Of a DNA stretch of 64,000 nucleotides, positions 44,167-58,853 are shown in pieces. The position numbers and the translations under genes are program-made. The DNA lies in NCBI GenBank assembly GCA_951406725.2, contig OX597841.1, positions 15,562,001-15,626,000 of the forward strand, given 5' to 3'. The notes under the pieces are model-generated. The model was given only the letters and a program-made list of their open reading frames with translations, did no database searches and was not told the DNA's origin. Source of the DNA: Octopus vulgaris (Eukaryota). How positions within the stretch are numbered: the first letter of the stretch is position 1; every line of letters starts with the position of its first letter.

Positions 44167-44435
44167 GGTGCTGGTGCTGGTGGTGGTGGTGGTGGTGGTG
44201 GTGGTGGTGGTGGTGGTGGTGGTGGTGGTGGTGGTATTGGTGGTGGTGGTGATAATGATGGTGGTGGTGCTGCTGGTGGTGGTGGTGGTGGTGATATTGG
44301 TGGTGGTGGTGGTGAAGATGATGATGATGGTGGTGCTGGTAGTGGTGGTGGTGGTGCTGATGGTGGCAGCGGTGGTGATGGTGGTGGTGGTGCTGGTAGT
44401 GGTGGTGGTGATGATGATGGTGGTGGTGATGGTAG

Positions 44436-44466
<31 letters not shown>

Positions 44467-44900
44467 AGTGGTGGTGGTGGTGCTGATGGTGGCAGCGGTG
44501 GTGATGGTGGTGGTGATGCTGGTAGTGGTGGTGGTGATGATGATGGTGGTGGTGATGGTAGTGGTGGTGGTGGTGCTGGTGGTGGTGCTGGTAGTGGTGG
44601 TGGTGGTGCTGATGGTGGCAGCGGTGGTGATGGTGGTGGTGGTGCTGGTAGTGGTGGTGGTGGTGATGATGATGGTGGTGGTGATGGTAGTGGTGGTGGT
44701 GATGGTGGTGGTGGTGCTGGTAGTGGTGGTGGTGATGATGATGGTGGTGGTGATGGTAGTAGTTGTGTTGGTGCTGGTGGTGGTGCTGGTAGTGGTGGTG
44801 GTGGTGGTGATGATGGTGGTGATCATGGTTGTGGTGATTGTTGTGGTGATGGTGATGATGGTGGTGGTTGTGGTGATGGTGGTGATGGTGGTTGTAGTGG
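44105..44900. repeat. (GGT)n tract with ~127-bp higher-order repeats
   Basis: gctgatggtggcagcggtggtgatgg occurs at ~44355, 44482 and 44608. Confidence 0.88.
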
Positions 44901-44945
44901 TTCGCGTTGAACCGGGATGTACCGTTTGCCCACCAGACACAACGA

Positions 44946-45503
44946 GTAGAGACATTTGGTTCGTCTTGAGTTCAAATTCCGCCGAGGTCGACTTTGCCTT
45001 TCATCTTTTCCCGCTAAGCATTTCGCCCGGCGTGCTAAGGTTTCTGCCAGTGCCGCCTTTTAGTTTCCGTCAACCAAATCCACTCACAAGGCTTTAGTCG
45101 GTCCGAGGCTATAGTAGAAGACACTTGCCCAAGGTACCACGCACTGAGACTGAACCCGGGACCATGTGGTTGTGAAGCAAGCTACTTACCACGCAGCCAC
45201 TCCTGCGCCTATAAATAATAAACATGAAGGTTGATTTCTTCGACAAAATCCGTTTGAGGCGGTAACATTCCTATTCCTTTACTACCCACAAGGGGCTAAA
45301 CACAGAGAGGACAAACAAAGACAGACAAAGGGATTAAGTCGATTATATCGACCCCAGTGCGTAACTGGTACTTCTTTAATTGCCTCCGAAAGCATGAAAG
45401 GCAAAGTCGACCTCGGTGGAATTTGAACTCAGAATGTAACGGCAGACGAAATACCGCTGAGCATTTCGTCCAGTGTGCTAACGGTTCTGCCAGCTCGCCA
45501 CCT
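44946..45503. mobile_element. Cluster of SINE C and SINE A fragments in mixed orientation
   Basis: C core (+) at 44965-45010, A head (-) at 45057-45212, C (-) at 45270-45503. Confidence 0.75.
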
Positions 45504-46055
45504 TATGGTAACATACTATGGCCGCAATTCGGTGACTGAAGCCGGTAAAATATAAAATATAAAGATGTAGCCATGGACATCGAACATAAAGCACAAACAT
45601 CGATCCGAAGACAGAATCAATCAGCGAAACGTCGTCACCACTGGTTTAATCCACCCTATATCTTTTTCTGTGTACACACATCACTCTCTGCCGCTTATGT
45701 ACGTATATTTGTGGGTTTCGTGTAAATTAATTTGATGCATCAACAGCTTTCTTTTTTTTTTTCCTTTCTGAATATTTTTGTCGAAGAATGGAATCATTGT
45801 GTTTACTCCAAGTTTATTTGTAGTTTTGTGGATGATCAGGAATTTTCTAGGTTTTCTCAGAACAAAAATTTATTTTGAGACGTATTTATCTTCCATCGCA
45901 AAAAAATATATAGTGCACATACTAAGTCCTCCCCCCCCCCGTGCGCACGCATACACACACACACAGACACACACATGCACACATACATACGTATCGAATG
46001 CTAATACACATGCTTATTATAGCAGCGTTTATACATACATACATACATACATACA

Positions 46056-46091
<36 letters not shown>

Positions 46092-46109
46092 TATATACAT
46101 ACATAATAC

Positions 46110-46162
<53 letters not shown>

Positions 46163-46202
46163 TGAGAGCAGGGTAAATATAAATGTGCATATATATACAT
46201 AC

Positions 46203-46234
<32 letters not shown>

Positions 46235-46368
46235 ATGAATGTATGTATGTATACATATGCATGTATGTATCTATAGGCATAAAAATGCATTCATGTAAAT
46301 GTATACATATACATATACATATATATATATATATATATATATGCTTATATACATATCTATACATATAT

Positions 46369-46438
<70 letters not shown>

Positions 46439-46563
46439 TTTAGTGTAGTGTGTGTGTGTGAATTTAGGACATATGTAGATGTGTGTGTGTGCTTATATAT
46501 ATATATATATATGCATGTATGTATAACTACATACGTATATATTAACTTGTGGACGTTTGTGCA

Positions 46564-46605
<42 letters not shown>

Positions 46606-46831
46606 AGTATTTCTGAGTGTGTGTAAGTATGTCTTGAGCCAAAGGAAACCCAATCTGAATAAAAATGATTAGTTAAGAATTTCCAACTCAATTAGCTTCA
46701 TCAGATTAAACTCTCCGTGGATGAGCGGATTAAAACATTTCAGTCAGCTGAGAGATTAGTGAGATAAGCTAAATCTAATTGTTTGTTCGTTTATAAAGCA
46801 GAAGATTATACAGTGTGTGTATATACAGGTG

Positions 46832-46881
<50 letters not shown>

Positions 46882-47157
46882 TATATATATATATACATAT
46901 ATATATTTACATACACACACACATATATATACATATGTATATGTATATGTATGCATATATGTGGATGTATATACATGTATATAAGAATTAATGTATATAT
47001 ATACATACTTGTATATATATATATATATTTGTATATGTATATATATATATAACTCCATTTATTTATATATATTATACAAAATATTTCACATAAACCTGAA
47101 GATTCCACCTTTAAAAACAAGGAGTTACAATCTTTTTACTTGTGGGATTTTTTTTTG

Positions 47158-47190
<33 letters not shown>

Positions 47191-47457
47191 AACTGAGTCA
47201 GTGCGTAGCCGTCTTTGTCGCTTTAATCGATGAGCGTTCCGTTGAGCGACCATCACATTTATCTGCCAGTGAAATTAGATAGTACGTTGCTGGGTTTTCT
47301 GCAGAAGTTAAGTTCCATTAATTCAATTCTTAGATTTGTTCATTAGTCATAATTAATCTACAAATATTTCATTAACGCGTCCTTCATTTGTCTAAGTGTG
47401 GAGTCTGAAAGAGACTTACGTGTTAAAAGCACAGATCTGCCTCAGAATGACAGTACA

Positions 47458-47503
47458 TCTCCAGACAGTGGTTTCGACATAACTTTGCCTCCTCAGGGAC
47501 GAG
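47458..47503 (-). ncRNA. Hammerhead ribozyme, weak stem I
   Basis: Reverse complement CTGAGGA-ggca-aagtta-tgtc-GAAAC-cact-GTC; stem I is imperfect. Confidence 0.55.
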
Positions 47504-47540
47504 CAAATCGTGGTATCTTGAGTTGGTCTGCAAAATATTC

Positions 47541-47670
47541 GTCTCCCTGAGGTACTCTTTCAGTTTGGAGAACAACCAGTCACGGGGAGCAAGGCCTGGA
47601 CATTAAGCAGGGACAGGTATAGTCTTGACGCCCATCTGTGTCAAACAGTTAGGTACCCAGATAGAATTTT
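47541..47670 (-). pseudogene. Mariner transposase relic
   Basis: NSIWVPNCLTQMGVKTIPVPA*CPGLAPRDWLFSKLKEYLR resembles the mariner HPPYSPDLAPCDFWLFPKLK motif. Confidence 0.7.
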
Positions 47671-47954
47671 GACATGCAATTTTTAGTGGGGTGTTTTCTA
47701 AGTTGCTGATACAGCTGTCTCCTTCAACCTCGGAAAAGAAAAGTTGGCATGTCAGCTTATTAGATGTATAGTAACGGTATATGGAAATTGCAGTAATGTA
47801 AAGCAGCTATAACTGCTTATCCTACAAAAAACGTCCCCCGATAAATTCTTCGGTATAAGCACATATATTGGTATATTTATATATTTACATTTATGAACAC
47901 AGACACACACACACACATATATATATACATATATGTATGTATATATTTCTTTCT

Positions 47955-48365
47955 TTCTTTTCTTTTACTTGTTTCAGTCATTTTGACTGCGGCCATGCTG
48001 GAGCACCGCCTTTTTTAATCGAGCAACTCGACCCCGGGACTTATTCTTTGTAAGCCCAGTACTTAATCTATCGGTCTCTTTTGCCGAACCGCTAAGTTAC
48101 GGGGACGTAAACACACCAGCATCGGTTGTCAAGCAATGCTAGGGGGACAAACACAGCAGACACACAAACACACACATACATACATACATATATATATATA
48201 CATATATACGACAGGCTTCTTTCAGTTTCCGTCTACCAAATCCACTCACAAGGCATTGGTCGGCCCGGGGCTATAGTAGAAGACACTTGCCCAAGATGCC
48301 ACGCAGTGGACTGAACCCGGGACCATGTGGTTGGTTAGCAAGCTACTTACCACACAGCCACTCCT
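47955..48365 (-). mobile_element. SINE family A
   Basis: Reverse complement of the family A head and tail. Confidence 0.88.
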
Positions 48366-48367
48366 AC

Positions 48368-48443
<76 letters not shown>

Positions 48444-48698
48444 TATACACATATATATATATATATATATGTATGTATATATATATATACATATATATAT
48501 ATATCTGTATATATATTTGTGTGTGTGTGTGTATGCGTGTGCGTGTGTCTTTTTCTCTTTCTTTCCACCTCCGCCTCTTATCAGCATTATGACTCTCTCT
48601 CTCTCTCTCTATCTATCTCTATCTATCTATCTATCACCTCCGTCCTTCCCCACTCTTTCTGTCTCTCTCTTTCACTCTATCACCTCCCTCCTTCCCCG

Positions 48699-48760
<62 letters not shown>

Positions 48761-48994
48761 CTCTCTCTCTCTCCCCCTCTCTCTCTCTCTCTTTCTCATT
48801 CATTACCAGACAGTCGATGATATCTGTCCTGACAGTTGTGTAGTTCTGAAATGCGAATTATATAATTCATTAGGAATTCCTATGAATATTAATTATCGAT
48901 AACTAACGAAGATAAAACAAGGATGTATTTCTACCGGGAGATAAACGCGCATATATATATGTATATATATATATACATATATATATAATATATG

Positions 48995-49101
<107 letters not shown>

Positions 49102-49327
49102 GTGTGTGTAACATAAATATATATATATATATAAACACGTATATATGTACATATAAATATATATACATATATAAATAGATATGCATGTATGTACTTATGT
49201 ATCTGTATATATATATATATATATATATATACATACATACAGACAGACATACATACATACATATATACATACTTTCATATATACAGAATATATACATGTA
49301 TGCATGTATTTATGTATGTATATATAC

Positions 49328-49389
<62 letters not shown>

Positions 49390-49599
49390 ATGTATATATA
49401 TTACAGAAAATAAAGGAACCTTCGAATTCAGAACAGCTGTAAAAATAACTGAGAAAATCCTTAGACGACAGAAGAAGTGGTCGACAAGCCGCTAGTGACC
49501 ACCCTGTCAGAAATAATTTGAAATTCGCAGACAGGAGAAACATCGCAGACGAAGAATATGTACGACTGTACGTTTCTTTAATCTTTGAAACTATTTAGA

Positions 49600-50235
49600 G
49601 CTCGAGACCTGCGGCCATGCTGGGGCATCACTGTTAATTTTACTACGACCTCACTCCTTGAAGCATCCTCTGCAATGTCACATGTGGTGAATGAGGGAGT
49701 CTGATGATGCTGGCCTCATCGGCGTTTCCTGCCGCGAGGTAGGGTTGAACTGGTAATCTTGAAAGGAAGAGATCCAGATTTTGTTTTGATATCTTTATCA
49801 CCCCCCCCCACCCTCCATGTAGGGCTCCTCAAGCATTTTGGAAGGATACCACCGGCACCACAACCATAACCAACATCACCCCCCTCACGACCACAACCTT
49901 CACCACCACCATCACTACCATTACCCCACCACCACCACCACCAACACCACAATCACCACAACTAAAATTACCAACACCACCATCACCACCACTACCACAA
50001 CCAGATTTTGTTTTGATATCTTTATCACACACCCCACCCCCATGTAGGGCCTCTCAAGCATTTTGGAAGGATACTGAAGAGCTACGAGTTCTTGAAACGC
50101 AAGTTGTTGCTGGATCTGGTCCTGTATCTTGGTGGCGATGTTGTGATCTTTGGCACCATGCAGTGACGTCCCGTCCTGTTGTTTGCGCAACATCCAAAGC
50201 CAAAGTTTGCTACAATTCCTTCTAAATATAAAATA
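49600..50235 (-). pseudogene. Older CR1-clade LINE 3' relic, same lineage as 31128-31780
   Basis: [20 protein letters not shown]...[10 protein letters not shown] aligns by eye with NFGIESYANARTGRHCVVPR...LFNILPKNLR; tail gatgccccagcatggccgcag. Confidence 0.7.
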
Positions 50236-50294
50236 TAAACCCCAAATAAATTCTGATGTGTGTATATATATATATGTATATATATATGTATATG

Positions 50295-50637
<343 letters not shown>

Positions 50638-50697
50638 CTTAGTGTTTGCTTCTTCCATGGGTATGAGTAAGTATCTCATTTACTTCTTTGCCACATT

Positions 50698-50751
50698 TAT
50701 CACTGACGAAGAGAGGGTTCTTTTTGAACTAACCCTGAAATCGGTCTGATA
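50698..50751 (+). ncRNA. Hammerhead ribozyme, probably decayed
   Basis: tatca-CTGACGA-...agggtt/aaccct-GAAA-tcg-GTC-tgata. There is a C-to-T change after GAAA and extra bases before stem II. Confidence 0.65.
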
Positions 50752-50990
50752 TGGTAATAAAGAAATTTTTTTAGAGATTTCTATTCACCTTTTTTCGAGT
50801 ATCGTGCGTACTGGGGAAAAACATTATATGGTAAATGGACAATATGTGCGATTTTCGGCATATTTGGCATTAGAATTTATTTTTCGTTTGCCCGTATTTA
50901 TAAGTTGTATATAATTAAACCTTTAAAGGTATTTTTTAATATGCTGGCCATTGATAAATTTTTTTTTTCCAGAAAATTTTATCCTACATT

Positions 50991-51033
<43 letters not shown>

Positions 51034-51196
51034 TATATATATGGGGGAGGGGGAGCATGCGTGTGTGTGTGTAAGAAGGAGAGAGTGGTATACTTTAGGA
51101 TGTGTGCTTTTGTGTATATATGGTTATATAGTCTCAATTACGCATTGTATATGCACACAAACTAACGCACACATACATACATGCACTGACATATAA

Positions 51197-51235
<39 letters not shown>

Positions 51236-51440
51236 GCATACACACACACATACATATGTGTGTGTGTCTGCGTATGTGTTCGTGTGATGTGTGCGTGTGT
51301 GTACGTATGTATATGCATGTAAATGTATATGTATACAAATATATATATGCGTGCATATATATTACTTTCACTGTTACAAATTATTCATTCATGTTGGGTC
51401 TAGATTTCCGGTATCAATAATGATCAAGTTACAGATGTAT

Positions 51441-51529
<89 letters not shown>

Positions 51530-51615
51530 CACATACAAAACGCATAAAAGTATGTATGACATATTGTGCAAAAGATGTCTCCGCAAGATTGCACAGTTGT
51601 ATATTTAGACCCGGA

Positions 51616-51661
<46 letters not shown>

Positions 51662-51788
51662 TATATATATATATATATGCATGTATGCATATATGTATGT
51701 ATATATGTATGTATGTATATGTATGTATATATATATATACATATATTTACATATATATCTATGTGTGTGGGTGTGTATGTGTGTGTGT

Positions 51789-51820
<32 letters not shown>

Positions 51821-52044
51821 ATACGTACCATGTCATATCAGTGATCTCGGGTGCGAAACATCGAAAATTGAATCGAAAAACTCAAGAAAAACAATGGCAA
51901 ACAAACAAGACAAAATCAATAAAGAGAAAAATATAAAAAATATTGAAAAAATATAAACATTGAAGAACATACAAATATAAATAAAGTATATGTGTGTGTG
52001 GGGGGGTGCATATATACATATATATATATATATAGATTCATATG

Positions 52045-52135
<91 letters not shown>

Positions 52136-52863
52136 TATGTGTATATAGATATATAGAAATATATACGCATATATGTGCATGTATATATATATGTGTATGT
52201 ATGTATATATATATATATGTGTGTGTGTATATATGTATATATATACATATCTATTACGTATTTGCATGCATGTATATGTGCATGTATATACAATTATATA
52301 CATGTATAGATATATCTGTATATATATATATGCTCAAATTTACATATATATATATATATATAATATTATATATATATACTTACATGTGTATATGTATATA
52401 TATATATATGGAATGATGTTTATGCATATATGTATGTGTGTGTGTGTGTGTTTGTCTCTGTGTGTGTGTATGTGTGTGTGGGTATATTTATATATATATA
52501 TATATATCATGACATTTCTCTGTTCTGGGTGATTTGGTGTCCTGATATTTGCGATATCCCCGACCGCTATGAAATATTGAATTTATCACATATTACATTA
52601 TCTACGAAGCATCACACTGATATACATCTACAGTTATGTATGGCGAACGATGATAAAGATCGTCTCGAATGGTACCATATACATATGTGCGTACGAATGA
52701 ATATACACACACACACACACACACATAAATATGCGCATATATATATATATATACATATATATATACATATATCTATATATATATATATACATATATGTAT
52801 ATATATATGTGTGTGTGTTTATATATATATCCATATATATATATATACACAGACACATAGACA

Positions 52864-52906
<43 letters not shown>

Positions 52907-53005
52907 GTATATATATAAATGCATACATATATATATATATATATACATATATATATGAACCTTATGCAATCCGCCGCCTCTGTCACACACTCTCTCCAAA
53001 TGTTG

Positions 53006-53090
<85 letters not shown>

Positions 53091-53344
53091 TAATTTTATT
53101 ATTATTATTAGTATTAGTATTAGTATTAGTTGTAGTATTATTATTTACCGCTGAAATTAATTTCGAAGAATTCTAGTGCAGTCGGTGCACCCGGTTGCTG
53201 CTGAAGTTGGTGTCAGTCGAAGAGGTGCTACAGCGGAAATGGCGTGTCTATGGATATCTTTCCGTTATCAACCTCGATATTATTCGTATCATGATGACAG
53301 TGATGATGACTGTGATGATGATGGTGATGATGATGATGATGATT

Positions 53345-53390
<46 letters not shown>

Positions 53391-53449
53391 CGATGTTGAT
53401 GATGATGATGATGATAATGATGAGGATGATGATTATGACGATGATGATG

Positions 53450-53613
<164 letters not shown>

Positions 53614-53654
53614 AATAATAATAATGATGATGATGATGATGAATAATAATAATA

Positions 53655-54190
53655 ATGGCTCTCAAGGCTCCTGATCTTAACTGATTGGAAGTGTTATCAT
53701 GTACATTGTTTTGTCTTGGTATAAAAGATGGGCTACAGCAAATATTCTGCTCAATACCACAGATTTGCTTGTCAGTTGTTTGACCTTAACCAGTTGAGCA
53801 TGTCCCTTAGTGGCAGACGATATGTGCATCTCTGATCACGAGCAGAAGTAGTGGGGGAGCATCATAGCCATGTGTTGAGAGGGATTCTTTGGGGTTTGAA
53901 TGATTCACCTCTGGAAACATGGGTGGTTCTTTCAACATCCTTAAACAACCCTTATTCAGGGACCTTTTGAGCGGAATGGGTTACTCGATCTGAAGAAAAT
54001 TCTAACTGGGCCCCACCTGCAAGGTCATGTGCTGTTTATCTTGATATGAGATCACCATGTCGCGCACATATGGTTGTGATGCATGTGCCTGGTGTACCTT
54101 TATCAGACGGGTAGTCATGATGGGTATACTGGGCTTCGTATATTTTACCCCAGTGTCACTTTGATGGCATGAACTGCTCTCTCACTCAAT
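53655..54190 (+). mobile_element. Non-coding dispersed retro-like repeat ending in an (AAT)n tail
   Basis: Near-identical partial copies at 54508-54790 (+), 62016-62246 (-) and 62474-62568 (+). Confidence 0.75.
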
Positions 54191-54217
54191 AATAAAAATA
54201 ATAATAATAACAATGAT

Positions 54218-54412
54218 TCAAGGCACAGGGCCTGACATTTTGGGGGTGGAAACCAGTCGATTAGATCGACCACAGTAAGCAACTGGTGCTTAATTTATCG
54301 ATCCCCCCCTCTCGAAATTAAAGGCAAAGTCGACCTCGGCAGAATTTGAACTCAGAACGTAAAACGGACAAAATGCTGCTAAGTATCCGGAGTGCCAGCG
54401 TTTCTCGCTCGC
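54218..54412 (-). mobile_element. SINE family C
   Basis: aaaggcaaagtcgacctcggcagaatttgaactcagaacg. Confidence 0.72.
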
Positions 54413-55231
54413 CGAATATGTAATAATTATAAGGATAATAATAGTAATGATGATGATAATGATGATGATGATAATAATAATGCATTTCCAGCCAGTAGGT
54501 GTCGTGGCTTCTGATCTTAACTGATTGGAAGTGTTATCATGTACATTGTTTTGTCTTGGTATAAAAGATGGGCTACAGCAAATATTCTGCTCAATACCAC
54601 AGATTTGCTTGTCAGTTGTTTGACCTTAACCAGTTGAGCATGTCCCTTAGTGGCTGACGATATGTGCATCTCTGATCACGAGCAGAAGTAGTGGGGGAGC
54701 ATCATAGCCATGTGTTGAGAGGGATTCTTTGGGGTTTGAATGATTCACCTCTGGAAACATGGGTGGTTCTTTCAACATCCTTAAACAACTCTTATATGTA
54801 TGTATGCATGTATGTATGTGTGTGTATGTATGTATGTATGTATGTATGTATGTATGTATGTATGTATGTATGTATGTATGGATGGATGTGTGTGTGTGTA
54901 TGTATGTATGTATGTATGAATGTATGTATGTATGTGTGAATGTATGTATGTATGTATGTATGTATGTATGTATGTATGTGTGTGCATGTATGTATATATG
55001 TATGTATGTAAGTATGTATGTATATATGTATGTATGTAAGTATGTATGTATATATGTATGTATGTAAGTATGTATGTATATATGTATGTATGAATGTGTA
55101 TCATTGGTCAGTTTTATTTCAAGATTTGTTTTCACTAGAGAAAGAGCTGGTTTCTAACCTAGATTCAAGGCTCCTTCATTGAAATTTCAACATCAACAGG
55201 ACATTTGTGTTTGTATATGTGCAGATTTGTC

Positions 55232-55306
<75 letters not shown>

Positions 55307-55538
55307 CGTGACCGACCAGGCTATCAGATGTTGCTACACATCGCTGGTCACAATGCGCTTCGCACTGTTTTTTAGCCTTCAAATGACGCCACCCTGCTGG
55401 CTAACCGAGCAGGCCAACAGAAGAAAGAGTGGGAGAAAGAGTGGTCTGAGAATCGAAACCGCGATCCTACGACCACGAGTTCGCTGCCCTAACCACTGGG
55501 CCATTGGGCCTCCACACACACACATACACACTCACACA

Positions 55539-55611
<73 letters not shown>

Positions 55612-56452
55612 CTATGTATCTATATCTATATATGTGTGTGAGCTTGTGTGTTTGAATGTGTGTGTGTGTATGAAGTATCTTTTTTCCTGTTACTAGCTTC
55701 ACTCATTAGACTGCGGCCATGCTGGGGCACCGCTTTGAAAGATTTAGTCGAACAGCCCTACCGCGGGACTTAATTTTTTTAAAGTCTGTTCTTTAAGGGC
55801 CATCCCCCACCAGCCCCACCTGTACCAACCTCTCCCCTAATCCCCACCAACATCACCATCATCATCATCATCATCATCATCATCGTCGTCGTCGTCGTAA
55901 TTAAGTTGAGCGTTTAGGTGAAAGGTTTTGTATTACATCAGACACCCCGGTCCCGACCACGACATTCAACGCCCCCCACCACACACCCTTCAACTCCGCG
56001 ACTGTTTCCCTGGGTAGCGGCGGAGGCGGCGGTGGTGGTCTTTGGCGGCGTCGGCGGCGTCGGTGGCGGCGGCAGGGGTGGGGGAGTGAGAGAAGTTAGA
56101 TAAATTGGACGGGTATGGAGGCGGATGGTGGGGGAGCGTTGTTGTTAGCGGCGGCGGCGGCGATGGTGGAAGTGGTGGGGGGGATGGTGATGGTGTTGGT
56201 GGTAGTGCTTATGATGTTGGAGGTGGTGGTGGTGGTGGTGGAGATGACGATGTGGGCGGTGGTGGTGGTGGTTCGTGGGGACGTTTTGCAGCGAGTGATA
56301 AACTGGAGAGGAAGTGGCGGAGAGGAAGGTGCGCTGGGTGCTGAGGTGGTGGTGGGAGTGGATGAAAGGGGGGAGGCTGGGAGGGGATAGGGGAGGGGAG
56401 GGCTGCCTGTTAGGAGCCGGGGTGATGGGAGACGACGTGGATTAAAGACAGG

Positions 56453-56517
56453 CACGTGCTAATTTCTGTCGTTGCCATGGAAACTGAAAGGCTCTTCGAT
56501 CGACAGCTGCCATATTG
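56453..56517. promoter_or_regulatory. Candidate cis-regulatory cluster: E-box, RFX X-box and YY1-like site
   Basis: CACGTG at 56453-56458, GTTGCCATGGAAAC at 56471-56484 and GCTGCCATATTG at 56506-56517, next to a GC-rich stretch. Confidence 0.4.
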
Positions 56518-56550
56518 AATGGAATCAACAACAAGAGCAACAACAATAGT

Positions 56551-56581
<31 letters not shown>

Positions 56582-56705
56582 TTAATGAAAACAAGTTAAC
56601 GATAAGGGAGGTCTCTACAAGGAAGCTAGGCCTGCTAGAAATAGCAGTCAAATCTCGAAATTGTCATTAAATGAAGTAAAACTCTCTCAAACCACACCCT
56701 ACTTT

Positions 56706-57576
56706 AAATGTATGTATGAGCCAATGAGGGGGGGGCGCTACATGGTGGCTAGACCTGGTGTAAATAGCAGCCAAATCTCCCTCAAATCACACCCTACTGT
56801 CTTATCTATGTATATATGTATGTATGTATGAGCCAATGAGGGAGACCTCTGCATGGTAGCTAGACCTGGTAGAAATAGCAGCCAAATCTCCCTCAGATCA
56901 CACCCTACTGTCTTATCTATGTATATATATGTATGTATGAGCCAATGAGGGAGACCTCTACATGGTAGCTAGACCTGAAGAAATAGCAGCCAAATCTCCC
57001 TCAAATCACACCCTACTCTCTTATCTATGTATATATGTATGTATGAGCCAATGAGGGGGACCCTACATGGTGGCTAGACCTAGTAGAAATAGCAGCCAAA
57101 TCTCCCTCAGATCACACCCTACTGTCTTATCTATGTATATATGTATGTATGAGCCAATGAGGGAGACCTCTAAATGGTAGCTAGACCTGAAGAAATAGCA
57201 GCCAAATCTCCCTCAAATCACACCCTATTCTCTTATCTATGTATATATGTATGTATGAGCCAATGAGGGGGACCGCTACATGGTGGCTAGACCTAGTAGA
57301 AATAGCAGCCAAATCTCCCTCAGATCACACCCTACTGTCTTATCTATGTATATATGTATGTATGAGCCAATGAGGGAGACCTCTAAATGGTAGCTAGACC
57401 TGAAGAAATAGCAGCCAAATCTCCCTCAAATCACACCCTATTCTCTTATCTATGTATATATGTATGTATGAGCCAATGAGGGGGACCGCTACATGGTGGC
57501 TAGACCTGGTAGAAATAGCAGCCAAATCTCCCTCAAATCACACCCTGCTGTCTCATCTATGTATATATGTATGTAT
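56706..57576. repeat. Minisatellite, 8 units of ~106-112 bp with a ~213-bp dimeric higher-order repeat
   Basis: gagccaatgaggg occurs at 56718, 56830, 56939, 57045, 57151, 57257, 57364 and 57470. Confidence 0.93.
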
Positions 57577-57759
57577 GATCTAGAGAGGAGTGGACAGCGT
57601 GCTGTGACCAGTGGTGTCAAATGGACGCCCGACGGACTGGTCGGTCAAGGTGATCAACGTGATGAGCCGATGTGAGAGACCTCTGCATGGGTAGCTAGAA
57701 CAACGTACCACTAAGATCAAATCCGCTTCCCACAATATAGACAGATACAGGTCAGTAAG

Positions 57760-58323
57760 CACATCTGCTGGGAACCTTTAACGAAACTTCCTAAATTTTC
57801 CCTTTTTATCAATGTTCCCAGAACGCTCTATGTCACGCTGGTGAGACCCATATTGGAGTACGGGATTCAAGCCTCTTCTCCTTATCTCCTCAAAGACATA
57901 CATCATCTCGAAAGAGTCCAGAAGCTGGCTACCTGCATGGTTCTTGGCCTCAAGAAAAACGACGACGCCGTGGTGATCTCATTCTTGTTCACAATATCAT
58001 AAGCGGAAAGTGTAACCTCTCGAAAGAGCTGTTCTTCACTCCTGCTCCAGAGCGTCAGCTGCGGGGTCACTCCGAAAAGCTCTATCTGCGATGATTTCAT
58101 CTCAATCGAAGGAGAGGGGCTTTCTCCGTCCGGGTTTGCGGATCCGTGGAATAAGCTGCCGGACGAGATGGTGAAGATGCCAACGACCGCTCGGTTCAAA
58201 GTCTCCCTTGACCATAAGTGGCCTGAAATCTTTACATGAACACCACCCTGTACTTAACTCCATGTCCCCCTACATGGCCTTGATTTTTGCTTTTTGATTA
58301 AAAAAATTAACTAACTAACTAAC
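57760..58323 (+). pseudogene. CR1-clade LINE 3' relic with (TAAC)n tail
   Basis: LYVTLVRPILEYGIQASSPYLLKDIHHLERVQKLATCMVLGLK...WNKLPDEMV; ends ttaactaactaactaac. Confidence 0.8.
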
Positions 58324-58806
58324 GTCAGTGCAGCAAAAACTAAATAAAGAGGTAACTTTCATTAATAGATATCAACCACAACTTAACATAAACACACAAC
58401 TTAATACAGGACACTACTAACCTTACCAAAAACAATAATACCACAAATCCGCATATATCCCATATTCCATTAACCATATTAACCTAATTACATCACCTTC
58501 AGAAATTCTTACCTCCCTTGCATGCAATCTTTTCACCCAGGTACTATTAGACCCAACACCGTTTGGAAATCAGTGTTGATGCAAAGTCAGTGAACAGCGA
58601 TGACGAAACCGGTATGACTTTCTAAATTGAATCGTGATAATGGTTTTTATACTTCTTAATTCCACCTCAGATCTTATATTTGTATGTATATATATCTTTG
58701 TTTTGTAATAAAAGGCTATTACTTTTATACTTTGTGTGCATTTTTTTGTTTCTTTTCATTTTTCCCCTATTTATACCACGTGTTGTCTTTTTTCTTTGAA
58801 ACCTGT

Positions 58807-58851
<45 letters not shown>

Positions 58852-58853
<2 letters not shown>

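Noticed and set aside
43891-44910. Gly-rich structural protein
   Set aside because: It is a (GGT)n tract open in multiple frames with no signal peptide, and similar tracts occur throughout the window.
46660-47140. CTGATGA (minus strand, ~46698) and CTGAAGA (47097) as hammerheads
   Set aside because: No properly placed stem II, GAAAC and GUH; at most truncated remnants.
50075-50105. CTGAAGA...GAAACGCA hammerhead-like string
   Set aside because: Antisense to LINE coding sequence, with no stem I and no UH site; probably chance.
56706-57576. CRISPR array
   Set aside because: Whole units repeat with no unique spacers, no cas genes are present and the context is eukaryotic.
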